From Armatimonadota bacterium (GTDB lineage: Bacteria; Armatimonadota; UBA5829; DTLH01), in assembly GCA_039679675.1 (NCBI GenBank), contig JBDKUN010000062.1, positions 64,001-128,000 of the forward strand: a stretch of DNA of 64,000 bases, read 5' to 3'. The notes beneath the pieces are model-generated. The model did no database searches and was not told the origin of the DNA. It saw only the letters and a program-made list of their open reading frames with translations. The position numbers and the translations under genes are program-made. Positions 19,818-27,928 of this stretch are shown piece by piece; positions within the stretch are counted from its first letter, which is position 1; each line of letters starts with the position of its first letter.

Positions 19818-20456
19818 CTAGCGTTGAGTCAGCACTTTGGCAACTGCTTCTCCAAGCAGGGCATAGCCTTCTGCTTTATAGTGGCATCCATCGCCAGCGC
19901 TGAGTTCCGGCCGTCCTGCAACGATGCTGTTCAGGTCGTTTATAGGAATATTGTATTTTTGCATAATGCCTGCTGCCAGTGCGTTGCGGCGCAGCACAAG
20001 GGCGTTATTTTCTGTATCAGGTGTCGATGGATCACCCGGCGTTGTAACCGGTGTGGAACTGGCCCAGACCAGCTTCGCACCGTGTCCGTATTGTATCAGT
20101 AATTGAACCATGTGCTCCAGAAAATAAGCATACACATCATCAGGAATATGAGAACCATGGAGGCCGTTATTAAAATGGATGGCTTCATATTGGTATTCAC
20201 TGAGCATATAATTGATCTCTTTGAAGAGAGCCGGATCATTTATGCTTCTTGAATTCGCTAACCGGTCTACATGGAATATGTCTTTTAGCCGATCGATCAC
20301 TGGTTGAGTGTATCCGACTGATATCGAATCCCCGATCAGCAAGACCCTTTTCAAGTCGGCATCGTCTGCATGGTCCCACCAGATATTCGACCATTCGTAT
20401 TCTTCACGCATAATAGCGTTTTGCTGCATCATTTTCTCCAATTCCCATTCGTGCAA
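19818..20456 (-). CDS. SGNH/GDSL hydrolase
   Basis: IGDSIS, FNNGLH, DGCH. Confidence 0.88.
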   Translation of the reverse strand: MHEWELEKMMQQNAIMREEYEWSNIWWDHADDADLKRVLLIGDSISVGYTQPVIDRLKDIFHVDRLANSRSINDPALFKEINYMLSEYQYEAIHFNNGLHGSHIPDDVYAYFLEHMVQLLIQYGHGAKLVWASSTPVTTPGDPSTPDTENNALVLRRNALAAGIMQKYNIPINDLNSIVAGRPELSAGDGCHYKAEGYALLGEAVAKVLTQR

Positions 20457-20468
20457 TTCGAAAGGCTC

Positions 20469-20885
20469 TTACCTCGCCCATTTTACTTTGCAGAACCGCT
20501 CTTCTTCAAGTGTTTTGAACCGTTCGCGGTTTGTCAGGACGGGGATTTTCATATATTTAGCGAGTGCTGCGGATGATGCGGCTGCGGGAGCCAATCCCGA
20601 TCTATCATAAGCATCAGCAATCATAAGTAGAAACTTTTGGGATGCATATCGGTCGAACCGGCGCTGCTCTACGATCTCGATGCACTCATGCGTATACAAC
20701 CATCCCACCCACTGCTCTGCAAGCTTTGCCCCGCACCCGGCAGTTGCAAGGCAGGCGAACTCAGTGACGGACGCAAGCGTCATATAGCACTTGTGCTCAT
20801 CCAGCGCTGCTTCGACGTGTTTTCTTAGTAGGGGATCATTGAGAGGTATACCTGCGGCGGCTGCGCCATCCAGGACTATAGCCAT
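20469..20885 (-). CDS. PIN-domain (VapC-like) protein, apparently degenerate active site
   Basis: IVLD N-terminus, ASVTE, ALAKYMKIPVLT; ATG 1 nt after the upstream stop (ORF track start 20939). Confidence 0.55.
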   Translation of the reverse strand: MAIVLDGAAAAGIPLNDPLLRKHVEAALDEHKCYMTLASVTEFACLATAGCGAKLAEQWVGWLYTHECIEIVEQRRFDRYASQKFLLMIADAYDRSGLAPAAASSAALAKYMKIPVLTNRERFKTLEEERFCKVKWAR

Positions 20886-20886
20886 A

Positions 20887-21204
20887 TTATAGCGCTCCGG
20901 CGTTGAAACGCCCGGCTTCTTCCCTTGCTTCAGCGTCACGCATTACATAGCTGTAAGTATCTTCTGTTACGCCTGCTTTGGCACCTTCCGTAAGGAGACG
21001 CTCCATAAGGTGCTTACTTTCTGTACGTGAAATTTTCGCCTGGACTGGTGGAACGGCAAGTTCCTGCACTGCGCCTTCCATTATAAGGTAACGCTGCCCA
21101 ACTTTGGTTGCTTGGAGCCTGCCTCGTTTTATCCAGTTTCGTACTGTATATTTGCTGTGCCGCAGCATCGCTGCAGCTTCATCAACCGTCAGCATCCTTT
21201 GCAT
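20887..21204 (-). CDS. Excisionase-like HTH_17 DNA-binding protein, putative antitoxin
   Basis: LTVDEAAAML..S..TVRNWIKRGRLQATKVG.RYLI. Confidence 0.85.
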   Translation of the reverse strand: MQRMLTVDEAAAMLRHSKYTVRNWIKRGRLQATKVGQRYLIMEGAVQELAVPPVQAKISRTESKHLMERLLTEGAKAGVTEDTYSYVMRDAEAREEAGRFNAGAL

Positions 21205-21350
21205 AGCGTATCACCTAATGAGTTTCGAGTTATACCTGAAACTCCCCGGAAGATTATCGGCTATAGCCTAATTGATTATACCATGATTGTTTGTTTATTG
21301 TTCCACTCACTTGTAGTTGTTTGTAGCTACTTGTCGCTTTTGCAATATCT

Positions 21351-21381
21351 TATGCTTAGGGACCGCAGTTCGTCCCGAAGC
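21351..21381. repeat. Single palindromic module
   Basis: TGCTTAGGGACCGCAGTTCGTCCCGAAGC, shared with islands A, C, D and E. Confidence 0.8.
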
Positions 21382-21392
21382 GCAATTCTTCA

Positions 21393-21887
21393 CTACTTGC
21401 AGCTGTTTGCAAGTTTCAGAGTGTATTTTCGGGCAAGCCAGAGCGGGATTATCCCGAATACGCCGAATGAACAGTCTACGAGCCGCCAGTAGAACGGGAT
21501 TCCTCTTATCGGGCCGCAGATCATCGCAAGCGGGATGATGAGCACGCAGGCGATCATCCCGAACTCTATCACCCAGATGTTTCTAATAGGGTCCTTAATA
21601 GCGCCAAAGAACGCGATGGCGATCATCAAATGCCCGAACGCCAGCCAGTCGGTCCCGTAAGAGAGAAACGGGTACTTTGCGTTGGTTTCCGTGAGACCGT
21701 CCCGCACGGTGACGATCCAGTGTGTAAGCCCAGTCGTAGTTTCTGGCGCAGCGCTGTCGGATGCGCCGAGAATGCGGGCAAATGTCGACACTTCCCACTG
21801 TAGGGGAAATGCCGTCAAGCCGCTTAGGACAAGCCCGATAGTAAACGCTACAAGCAGAACCCTGATACGGCCCTCAAGTGTCATCAT
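21393..21887 (-). CDS. Conserved-looking membrane protein
   Basis: Four hydrophobic segments, YGTDWLAFGH and DCSFG motifs, overlaps the epimerase stop. Confidence 0.75.
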   Translation of the reverse strand: MMTLEGRIRVLLVAFTIGLVLSGLTAFPLQWEVSTFARILGASDSAAPETTTGLTHWIVTVRDGLTETNAKYPFLSYGTDWLAFGHLMIAIAFFGAIKDPIRNIWVIEFGMIACVLIIPLAMICGPIRGIPFYWRLVDCSFGVFGIIPLWLARKYTLKLANSCK

Positions 21888-22822
21888 ATGGTCTCGTTGA
21901 TAAAGTATTTGTAGGTCATCTTGAGCCCTTCCTCAAAATCGACCTTGCAGGTGAACCCCATAAGTTCGCGGGCGAGTGAAATATCCCCGACCGAGCGGAC
22001 GATGTCGCCTACTCTCGGCGGGCCGTAAGAGACGGTGACTTTTTGTCCTATCAGCCGTTCCAGCATCTCAAGAAGCTGGCTCAGACTGATCTCAACACCG
22101 CTTCCGATGTTCATCACCCGTCCAACTGCTTTGTCCGACCGGCAGGCAAGGAGGTTTGCATCGACCACATTCTCTACAAAGATGAAGTCGCGCGTCTGTT
22201 TCCCGTCCCCGTATACGGTCGGGGCAAGTCCGTTCACGATTGCGTGTGTGAACTTGGGTATAACTGCCGCATAGGCCGAATCAGGGCGCTGACCGGGCCC
22301 GAACACGTTCAAATATCTTAGGGCGACGGTCGGCAGGCCGTAAAGCTCGTAAAAAGCCTTGCAGTAATGTTCCCCGGCGAGCTTAGTGATCGCATAAGGC
22401 GAGAGCGGGGATGGCAGGCTGCTTTCCTTTAGAGGCAAGTCCCGGTTGTCACCGTAGATAGCGCAGGATGATGAAAGCACAACCCGCTTAACACCGGTGT
22501 CTCGTGCGGCAAGAAGCACGTTCAGCGTCCCGCCTGAGTTTACTTCTTCGTTCATTACCGGCTTCTCCACCGAAACAGGCACGGAGATCTGTGCTGCAAG
22601 GTGGAGCACATAGTCCGCTCCATGAATGGCCGAAGAGACTATTTCACGGTCTCGTACATCGCCCTCGATTATCGTGACTCTTTCGGGAAGCCCTATAAGA
22701 TTTTTTTTGCTGCCGGTGCTGAAGTTGTCCAGCACCCTTACAAAGTGTCCTTCTTCTGCCAGTCTTCTTACGATGTGTGAGCCGATGAACCCGGCTCCGC
22801 CAGTAACGGTATAAACAGCCAA
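21884..22822 (-). CDS. NAD-dependent UDP-sugar 4-epimerase (extended SDR)
   Basis: TGGAGFIGSH, YAITK, YLNVFGPGQ. Confidence 0.92.
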   Translation of the reverse strand: MAVYTVTGGAGFIGSHIVRRLAEEGHFVRVLDNFSTGSKKNLIGLPERVTIIEGDVRDREIVSSAIHGADYVLHLAAQISVPVSVEKPVMNEEVNSGGTLNVLLAARDTGVKRVVLSSSCAIYGDNRDLPLKESSLPSPLSPYAITKLAGEHYCKAFYELYGLPTVALRYLNVFGPGQRPDSAYAAVIPKFTHAIVNGLAPTVYGDGKQTRDFIFVENVVDANLLACRSDKAVGRVMNIGSGVEISLSQLLEMLERLIGQKVTVSYGPPRVGDIVRSVGDISLARELMGFTCKVDFEEGLKMTYKYFINETI

Positions 22823-22986
22823 AACAGTATCTCCTCAGAAATTTTCACTTCCAGAGTATCATTCCACAGTTCAATCGTCAAACGTCAGTTGCGCCTGTTT
22901 ACTGCTCGTATGTTATAATAAGCAGGCTTTATTTACCAAAAATGGTTTCAGACCGCACCTGAAACTTTCCCCAAAAGGAGCAGCAA

Positions 22987-23742
22987 ATGACTGATACATC
23001 GGTCCTTACAGAGCTTGTAAGGATGTCTCTTAATCTGGCAAAACCGGAAAATGAATATGTAATACTTGGTGAAGGCAATACTTCGGCCAAGGTAGATGAG
23101 AATACTTTCTTCGTTAAGCAGACGGGAGCATATCTCTCCGAAAGCCGCCCTGAGATATTCGTCGAGATACGGACCAAAGACGTGCTCGATATGTTCGAGT
23201 GCGGTGAACTCTCCGATGTGGAGATAAAAGATAGGCTGGGAGCCGCAAGAGTCAACCAGAACGCCCCCAGGCCGTCAATTGAGACGCTGTTTCATGCGTA
23301 TTTACTCTCCTTGCCGAACGTAAACTTCGTAGGACACACCCACCCGATAGCCGTCAACACCCTCCTTTGCTCAAATGCCGCCGAAGACATCATAAAGAGC
23401 AGGATTTTCCCCGACGAGATAGTCTACTGCGGGATTAAGCCTGTGTTTATGCCCTATGTTGACCCGGGAGTCACCCTTGCGAAGGCCGTGCAGAAGGCTG
23501 TAGTCAAGTTTATGGATGAGGAAGGGGTAATCCCGAAGGTCGTCCTTATGCAGAACCACGGGTTTATCGCGCTCGGCGCTACGGCGAAGGAAGTCGAAGC
23601 GATTACGGCGATGTATGTAAAGACTGCCAGGGTCCTTGCCGGGGCGTACGTCCTTGGAGGAGTCCATTACCTCTCCGATTCAAACATCGAGAGAATCTAT
23701 ACCAGGCCGGACGAGGCCTACAGAAAGCAAAATTTGCATTAG
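22987..23742 (+). CDS. Class II aldolase/adducin family protein (probable rhamnulose-phosphate aldolase)
   Basis: GEGNTS, PSIET..H, HTH, QNHG; upstream of rhamnose isomerase. Confidence 0.82.
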   Translation: MTDTSVLTELVRMSLNLAKPENEYVILGEGNTSAKVDENTFFVKQTGAYLSESRPEIFVEIRTKDVLDMFECGELSDVEIKDRLGAARVNQNAPRPSIETLFHAYLLSLPNVNFVGHTHPIAVNTLLCSNAAEDIIKSRIFPDEIVYCGIKPVFMPYVDPGVTLAKAVQKAVVKFMDEEGVIPKVVLMQNHGFIALGATAKEVEAITAMYVKTARVLAGAYVLGGVHYLSDSNIERIYTRPDEAYRKQNLH

Positions 23743-23753
23743 TTCGTTACAAT

Positions 23754-24162
23754 GTCATTCTGGACTACCACAACGTCATGCTGAACTTGATTCAGCATCC
23801 AGGAAAGCTATATGTATGTCTACATAATGGCGAGTAAGAAGAACGGCACGTTGTACATTGGTGTTACCAACGACATCGAGCGAAGAGCTGCGGAGCATAA
23901 AGCTGAACTGATTCCTGGCTTCACAGAAAAGTATGGAGTTAGTATCCTTGTGTGGTTTGAGGAGTTCCAGGGGATAAAGGAAGCTATCGAAAGAGAGAAG
24001 CAACTTAAGAACTGGCGGAGAGCCTGGAAGGTAGCTCTTATTGAGAAGACTAACCCTGATTGGAAGGATTTAATGGACCCTGAATCAAGTTCAGGGTGAC
24101 TTGGTTGTTGTGTAGAGTGATGTGTTTTATTCGGAGTGACATATTTGTCCGTTCAAGATGAT
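23754..24162. mobile_element. REP-like palindrome-flanked GIY-YIG nuclease element
   Basis: Inverted CGTC/GTCA-tagged hairpins at 23774..23800 and 24075..24100, decaying half-repeats outside them, inserted between two rhamnose genes. Confidence 0.65.
23812..24099 (+). CDS. Stand-alone GIY-YIG nuclease
   Basis: YVYIM...LYIGVT..IERR..EH, AIEREKQLKNWRRAWK. Confidence 0.93.
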   Translation: MYVYIMASKKNGTLYIGVTNDIERRAAEHKAELIPGFTEKYGVSILVWFEEFQGIKEAIEREKQLKNWRRAWKVALIEKTNPDWKDLMDPESSSG

Positions 24163-24216
24163 ATTTAATTCTCTTTTAGAATAATATCGAATTAAAATCT
24201 ATTCAGGAGCAAGATT

Positions 24217-25455
24217 ATGTCGAGTAACTGGAAAACTGAATATGACCTCCTGGCCGGAAAGCTGGCCGCAAGAGGGGTAGATGTAGAAAAAGTAAAAGCA
24301 AGACTGAAATCCCAGCAGATAGAGACCCCGAGCTGGGGTTACGCGGACTCCGGGACGAGGTTCGGGCCTTATAAACAGGCCGGGTCGGCAGTAACCATAG
24401 AAGAGAAGATCGCGGATGCCGCGCAGGTGCACAAATACACCGGTATAGCTCCGGGCGTGGCCGTTCACGTCCTCTGGGACTTCCCGAACGGGCTCGCGGA
24501 TGCCGATTCTCTGGCAAGCTATGCCAAATCGCTCGGAGTTGCGATAGGCGCGATCAACCCGAACGTCTTTCAGGACAGGGAATATGCCTTCGGAAGCATC
24601 ACTAACGAGAACCCTAAGGTCCGCGAGATGGCCGTAGCCCACATGATCGACTGCGTGGAGATCGGCAAGAAGCTCGGATCGAAGACTCTCTCGCTCTGGT
24701 TCGCGGACGGGACCGATTATCCGGGGCAGGGGGACTTCAGAAGAAGAAAAAAATACGCTGAAGAGTCCTTGAAGAGGGTCTACGCCGCCATGCCGGAAGA
24801 CATGCGGATGCTGATCGAATACAAGCCCTTCGAGCCAGCCTTCTACCACACCGATTTCGGCGACTGGGGGATGAGCTACAGCTTTGCGAACAAGTGCGGC
24901 CCGAACGCCCACGTGCTCGTAGACCTGGGGCATCACTTCACCGGCCAGAACATAGAGCATCTGGTGTCGTTCCTGATAGATGAGGAGCGGCTGGGCGGTT
25001 TCCACTTTAACAACCACAGATATGCCGATGACGACCTGACCGCAGGTTCCGTGAACCCTTATGAGCTCTTCCTGATATATAACGAGATCGTGAAGGCGGA
25101 AGATGCCCCTAACGGCAACCCGCCGATAGCTTATATGGTGGACCAGGCGTTCGTAACCAAGTCGAAGATCGACGCGATGATCCAGACGATAATGAACATC
25201 CAGCGGGCTTACGCAAAGTCGATGTGCGTGGACAGAGCAAAGCTCTACAAGTCGCAGTTGGCTGACGATATAGTGACGGCTGAGGACTGCCTGCAGGATG
25301 CGTTTAATACTGACGTTGAGCCTCTCCTCCGCATAGTGAGAGAAGAGATGGGGCTCGACCCCGACCCGCTCGAAGCGTTCAGAGCGAGCGGCTATTGGGC
25401 GAAAGTCAGCAAGGAAAGAGGCGTAAGAACAGGATCAGGCGGCATCGGAGCCTGA
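24217..25455 (+). CDS. rhaI: L-rhamnose isomerase (RhaI-type)
   Basis: ETPSWGY..SGTRF, WFADGTDYPGQ, EYKPFEP, DLGHH, DDDL. Confidence 0.88.
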   Translation: MSSNWKTEYDLLAGKLAARGVDVEKVKARLKSQQIETPSWGYADSGTRFGPYKQAGSAVTIEEKIADAAQVHKYTGIAPGVAVHVLWDFPNGLADADSLASYAKSLGVAIGAINPNVFQDREYAFGSITNENPKVREMAVAHMIDCVEIGKKLGSKTLSLWFADGTDYPGQGDFRRRKKYAEESLKRVYAAMPEDMRMLIEYKPFEPAFYHTDFGDWGMSYSFANKCGPNAHVLVDLGHHFTGQNIEHLVSFLIDEERLGGFHFNNHRYADDDLTAGSVNPYELFLIYNEIVKAEDAPNGNPPIAYMVDQAFVTKSKIDAMIQTIMNIQRAYAKSMCVDRAKLYKSQLADDIVTAEDCLQDAFNTDVEPLLRIVREEMGLDPDPLEAFRASGYWAKVSKERGVRTGSGGIGA

Positions 25456-25477
25456 TTAGAATAGGAGGGCCGGCACA

Positions 25478-25813
25478 TTGAAATCGCGGATTATGTATAT
25501 CGAGCTGAAAACTCATCCCGGCGGTCACAATGATGCCGGTCCTGCACGCATCGGCCGCGTCACGTTTTCCAAGACTGGGAGCACATTGTACTACCAGGGG
25601 AGGAGCCTCCAGCGTGGGCGGCCTGGCTCCTGTGGCAATTATTTTGATACAGACACAGGAGACGTATACTGGATATCCGGCCCCAAAAAGAGCGGTGAAG
25701 ACCGCTACCCATGGGCGCATCGCACCCCAGTGGAAATCGACGAGGAAGTCCGCGAAGAATACTGGACGACCATCAGAAACCAGCCCGAAAAGAAGAACCA
25801 AGCAACTACCTGA
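25478..25813 (+). CDS. Conserved hypothetical protein
   Basis: SD AGGAGG; motifs RIMYIELK, ARIGRVTFSKTG, YWISGPKK. Confidence 0.75.
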   Translation: MKSRIMYIELKTHPGGHNDAGPARIGRVTFSKTGSTLYYQGRSLQRGRPGSCGNYFDTDTGDVYWISGPKKSGEDRYPWAHRTPVEIDEEVREEYWTTIRNQPEKKNQATT

Positions 25814-25835
25814 TTACAGTACATAAAGATCTCAG

Positions 25836-26507
25836 GTGATAAGCATGGCACATAAGAAAACCGGAAATGCACTCAAAACAGCCCTACTGTCTATAGGAAC
25901 AACGATTATTATTTGTATTCTTGTTGGTCATTGTTTCTACAGCTTGATCTCTCGGCCGCATGCAGTATCAGGCCCGATGGAAGATGGGTGTCCGGGTTTC
26001 ACTGTGGTAGCCATGGACGGTGAGCGCCCTGTTACACTCATACACGAGTGGTCAGTTCTAGCGACACATTCTTATACTTTTGATCCTGTTAGCGGAGCAA
26101 AGAAAAAGATTCCTCGTGCCGACTTGCAGTCCTATGTTGGATCACCTATTGTTTGGGCAGATACGGGTAGGGCAAAGATGCCTTTGAGATACTACCTCTA
26201 CAAAAGAGACCTGGCGAAGATTAACTCCAAGTTCAGTAACAGTGGCCCAATCATAGATCGCTGCTTCCGTGTAAAGATCATAAAGGATGATGTGAAAAGT
26301 AAGTCCCAGACTATAAAAGTGTTGATTATAACTGATAGGGATGATACTGTCATCATATACAAGGTTAAAGGTGAGCGTGTCTATCCAGTTGGGTGGTCAA
26401 GGGTCCGTCGAATTGTTGTAGCCGCCCCAGTGTTGTTGATCAGCCCTGTTATTTTAGCGATTTCCATTTGGGCTTGGGCTTTGATTATTAGAAAAACTTC
26501 TACTTGA
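25836..26507 (+). CDS. Hypothetical membrane protein
   Basis: TM segments at both ends; lower GC than flanks. Confidence 0.6.
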   Translation: MISMAHKKTGNALKTALLSIGTTIIICILVGHCFYSLISRPHAVSGPMEDGCPGFTVVAMDGERPVTLIHEWSVLATHSYTFDPVSGAKKKIPRADLQSYVGSPIVWADTGRAKMPLRYYLYKRDLAKINSKFSNSGPIIDRCFRVKIIKDDVKSKSQTIKVLIITDRDDTVIIYKVKGERVYPVGWSRVRRIVVAAPVLLISPVILAISIWAWALIIRKTST

Positions 26508-26569
26508 ATCTTCAGTGCGAGTAGTTTTCGCCGAAGTATGTGAAATGCAGAAATAGCGAGGGCAAGTAG

Positions 26570-27037
26570 ATGGAGGAACGCAGTTATAGTTTATACAGTG
26601 CAGGGACACGAACCGCCATCAAAGTACTGGCAGCGATATTTGTGATTTTTCCTGTGATCGCCGGTATAACACTGGGGATTCTGCGTGGTCCTATTAATTC
26701 TCTCTTTGGGTTAGTTGCAGCAATGTTGGGTGCCACTTTTGTATGGTGCCTAGCACATCTTTCAAGATCAGCGAAGTTGTGCATCTCCGACTCAGGACTC
26801 GTAGAAACCGCAATGTGGTCAAAGCCAACCAGCGTGACATGGGATGGAATACGTAACGTCTCCACGCGAGAGCAACGTCTGTCTCTTTCGCGCTCTCGAG
26901 AGACCATTCTCACAATCACTGGTTCACAAGGTGAAGCAGTAGTTGTCAGTAGTACTGTTCCAGATTGGAATGAGATTATTTTGATCCTAAAAGACAGGTT
27001 GCCTCGGCATCAAAGAGATACCTTTTATAGGGAGTAA
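26570..27037 (+). CDS. Hypothetical membrane protein (two TM plus possible PH-like domain)
   Basis: Two TM helices, ISDSGL...VTWDGI pattern. Confidence 0.6.
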   Translation: MEERSYSLYSAGTRTAIKVLAAIFVIFPVIAGITLGILRGPINSLFGLVAAMLGATFVWCLAHLSRSAKLCISDSGLVETAMWSKPTSVTWDGIRNVSTREQRLSLSRSRETILTITGSQGEAVVVSSTVPDWNEIILILKDRLPRHQRDTFYRE

Positions 27038-27098
27038 TTTGAGCAGAAACGGAATCAGGCAGCTTGGTAGATAAGGTCTTGGATGTCGAATAGGGGGG

Positions 27099-27127
27099 AC
27101 TTCGGCGCAAAAAGCGTGCGCCGAAGT
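27099..27127. repeat. Palindromic module
   Basis: ACTTCGGCGCA-N7-TGCGCCGAAGT; related to 9313..9340 and 26510..26536. Confidence 0.7.
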
Positions 27128-27155
27128 ATATTAAAACGCTGCATTAGGTGACCCA

Positions 27156-27854
27156 ATGGACGAAAAACGAAAAATGCTTCACGAAGAATATGAGCTGCGG
27201 ATGTTCTGGACGGATACAGTCATTCTGCTGAGTCTGGACTTGGCGCCGTATTTCGTGCAGGAACTGAGGATGGAGTTGTTCTATTCCAAAGAGCTCCAAA
27301 AAGAGGCCAGAAACCTGCTGGTCAAACCTCAACGCGATGTCCGTTACGAAGTGTGGCTGGCTGTGATCTATGATGCAGTCCCCGAAGGTTTCCTGGCATC
27401 TGTCTCTCGAACATGCGGCCCTAATGCTGTCGGTCTGCTCAAGGGTTGGGTGGATGCAGCATTTCTAAATGAACACCAGGAAATGGTTTTGTGGAAATGG
27501 AACGATTGTTTTTGTGATGTCGTTCAGAAATGGGAGAATGCAGGGCCGGAGGAGAATATTCCTCTTTGCAAACCGGAAGATGCTTTTCTGCGTGTAATGG
27601 TAAGAGATCACCTGAGCCACAAACAGCATGTAAGAAGTGAGATCGGTGCGATAAGTGGCACAATCGATTCTACCTGGGATGCATTTATGGACCAGAAAAA
27701 CGATCATTTACCGGAATACAGTTACATGCACCTAAATACAATGTGCGGCAACTATATATCGAAGCTTTTCTGGCTGGAATTTACAAGGCATCTGAACGAA
27801 TCGCAGATTGAAGCGCTTCAACGCTACACCGGAATTGCCATACCGGCTATTTGA
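27156..27854 (+). CDS. Hypothetical protein
   Basis: 232-aa ORF, no recognised motif. Confidence 0.6.
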   Translation: MDEKRKMLHEEYELRMFWTDTVILLSLDLAPYFVQELRMELFYSKELQKEARNLLVKPQRDVRYEVWLAVIYDAVPEGFLASVSRTCGPNAVGLLKGWVDAAFLNEHQEMVLWKWNDCFCDVVQKWENAGPEENIPLCKPEDAFLRVMVRDHLSHKQHVRSEIGAISGTIDSTWDAFMDQKNDHLPEYSYMHLNTMCGNYISKLFWLEFTRHLNESQIEALQRYTGIAIPAI

Positions 27855-27884
27855 TTTTAGAGCAATTCTACCAAATACAAAAAC

Positions 27885-27920
27885 AAACAGCCTCCGGCAT
27901 TTTTCGACAACCGGAGGCTG
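27885..27920 (-). terminator. Terminator hairpin, copy 1
   Basis: CAGCCTCCGG...CCGGAGGCTG with T-rich tail on the minus strand; 34/36 identical to 29683..29718. Confidence 0.7.
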
Positions 27921-27928
27921 GTCTAATA

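Noticed and set aside
20887..21204. Excisionase as evidence of a prophage or ICE
   Set aside because: No integrase, att-like repeat or phage genes nearby; coupling to a PIN-like gene fits a TA-type regulator better
21245..21282. GCCGATAA upstream of the HTH-PIN pair as a sigma28 promoter
   Set aside because: No correctly spaced TAAA-like -35; a TATAAT sigma70 -10 just upstream explains the region better
24089..24162. Roughly 20-nt periodic motifs as a mini-CRISPR
   Set aside because: Units are 12-nt degenerate half-copies of the flanking hairpin with 7-10 nt gaps
25478..27854. Integron cassette array
   Set aside because: No RYYYAAC...GTTRRRY attC boxes recognised and no integrase in the window
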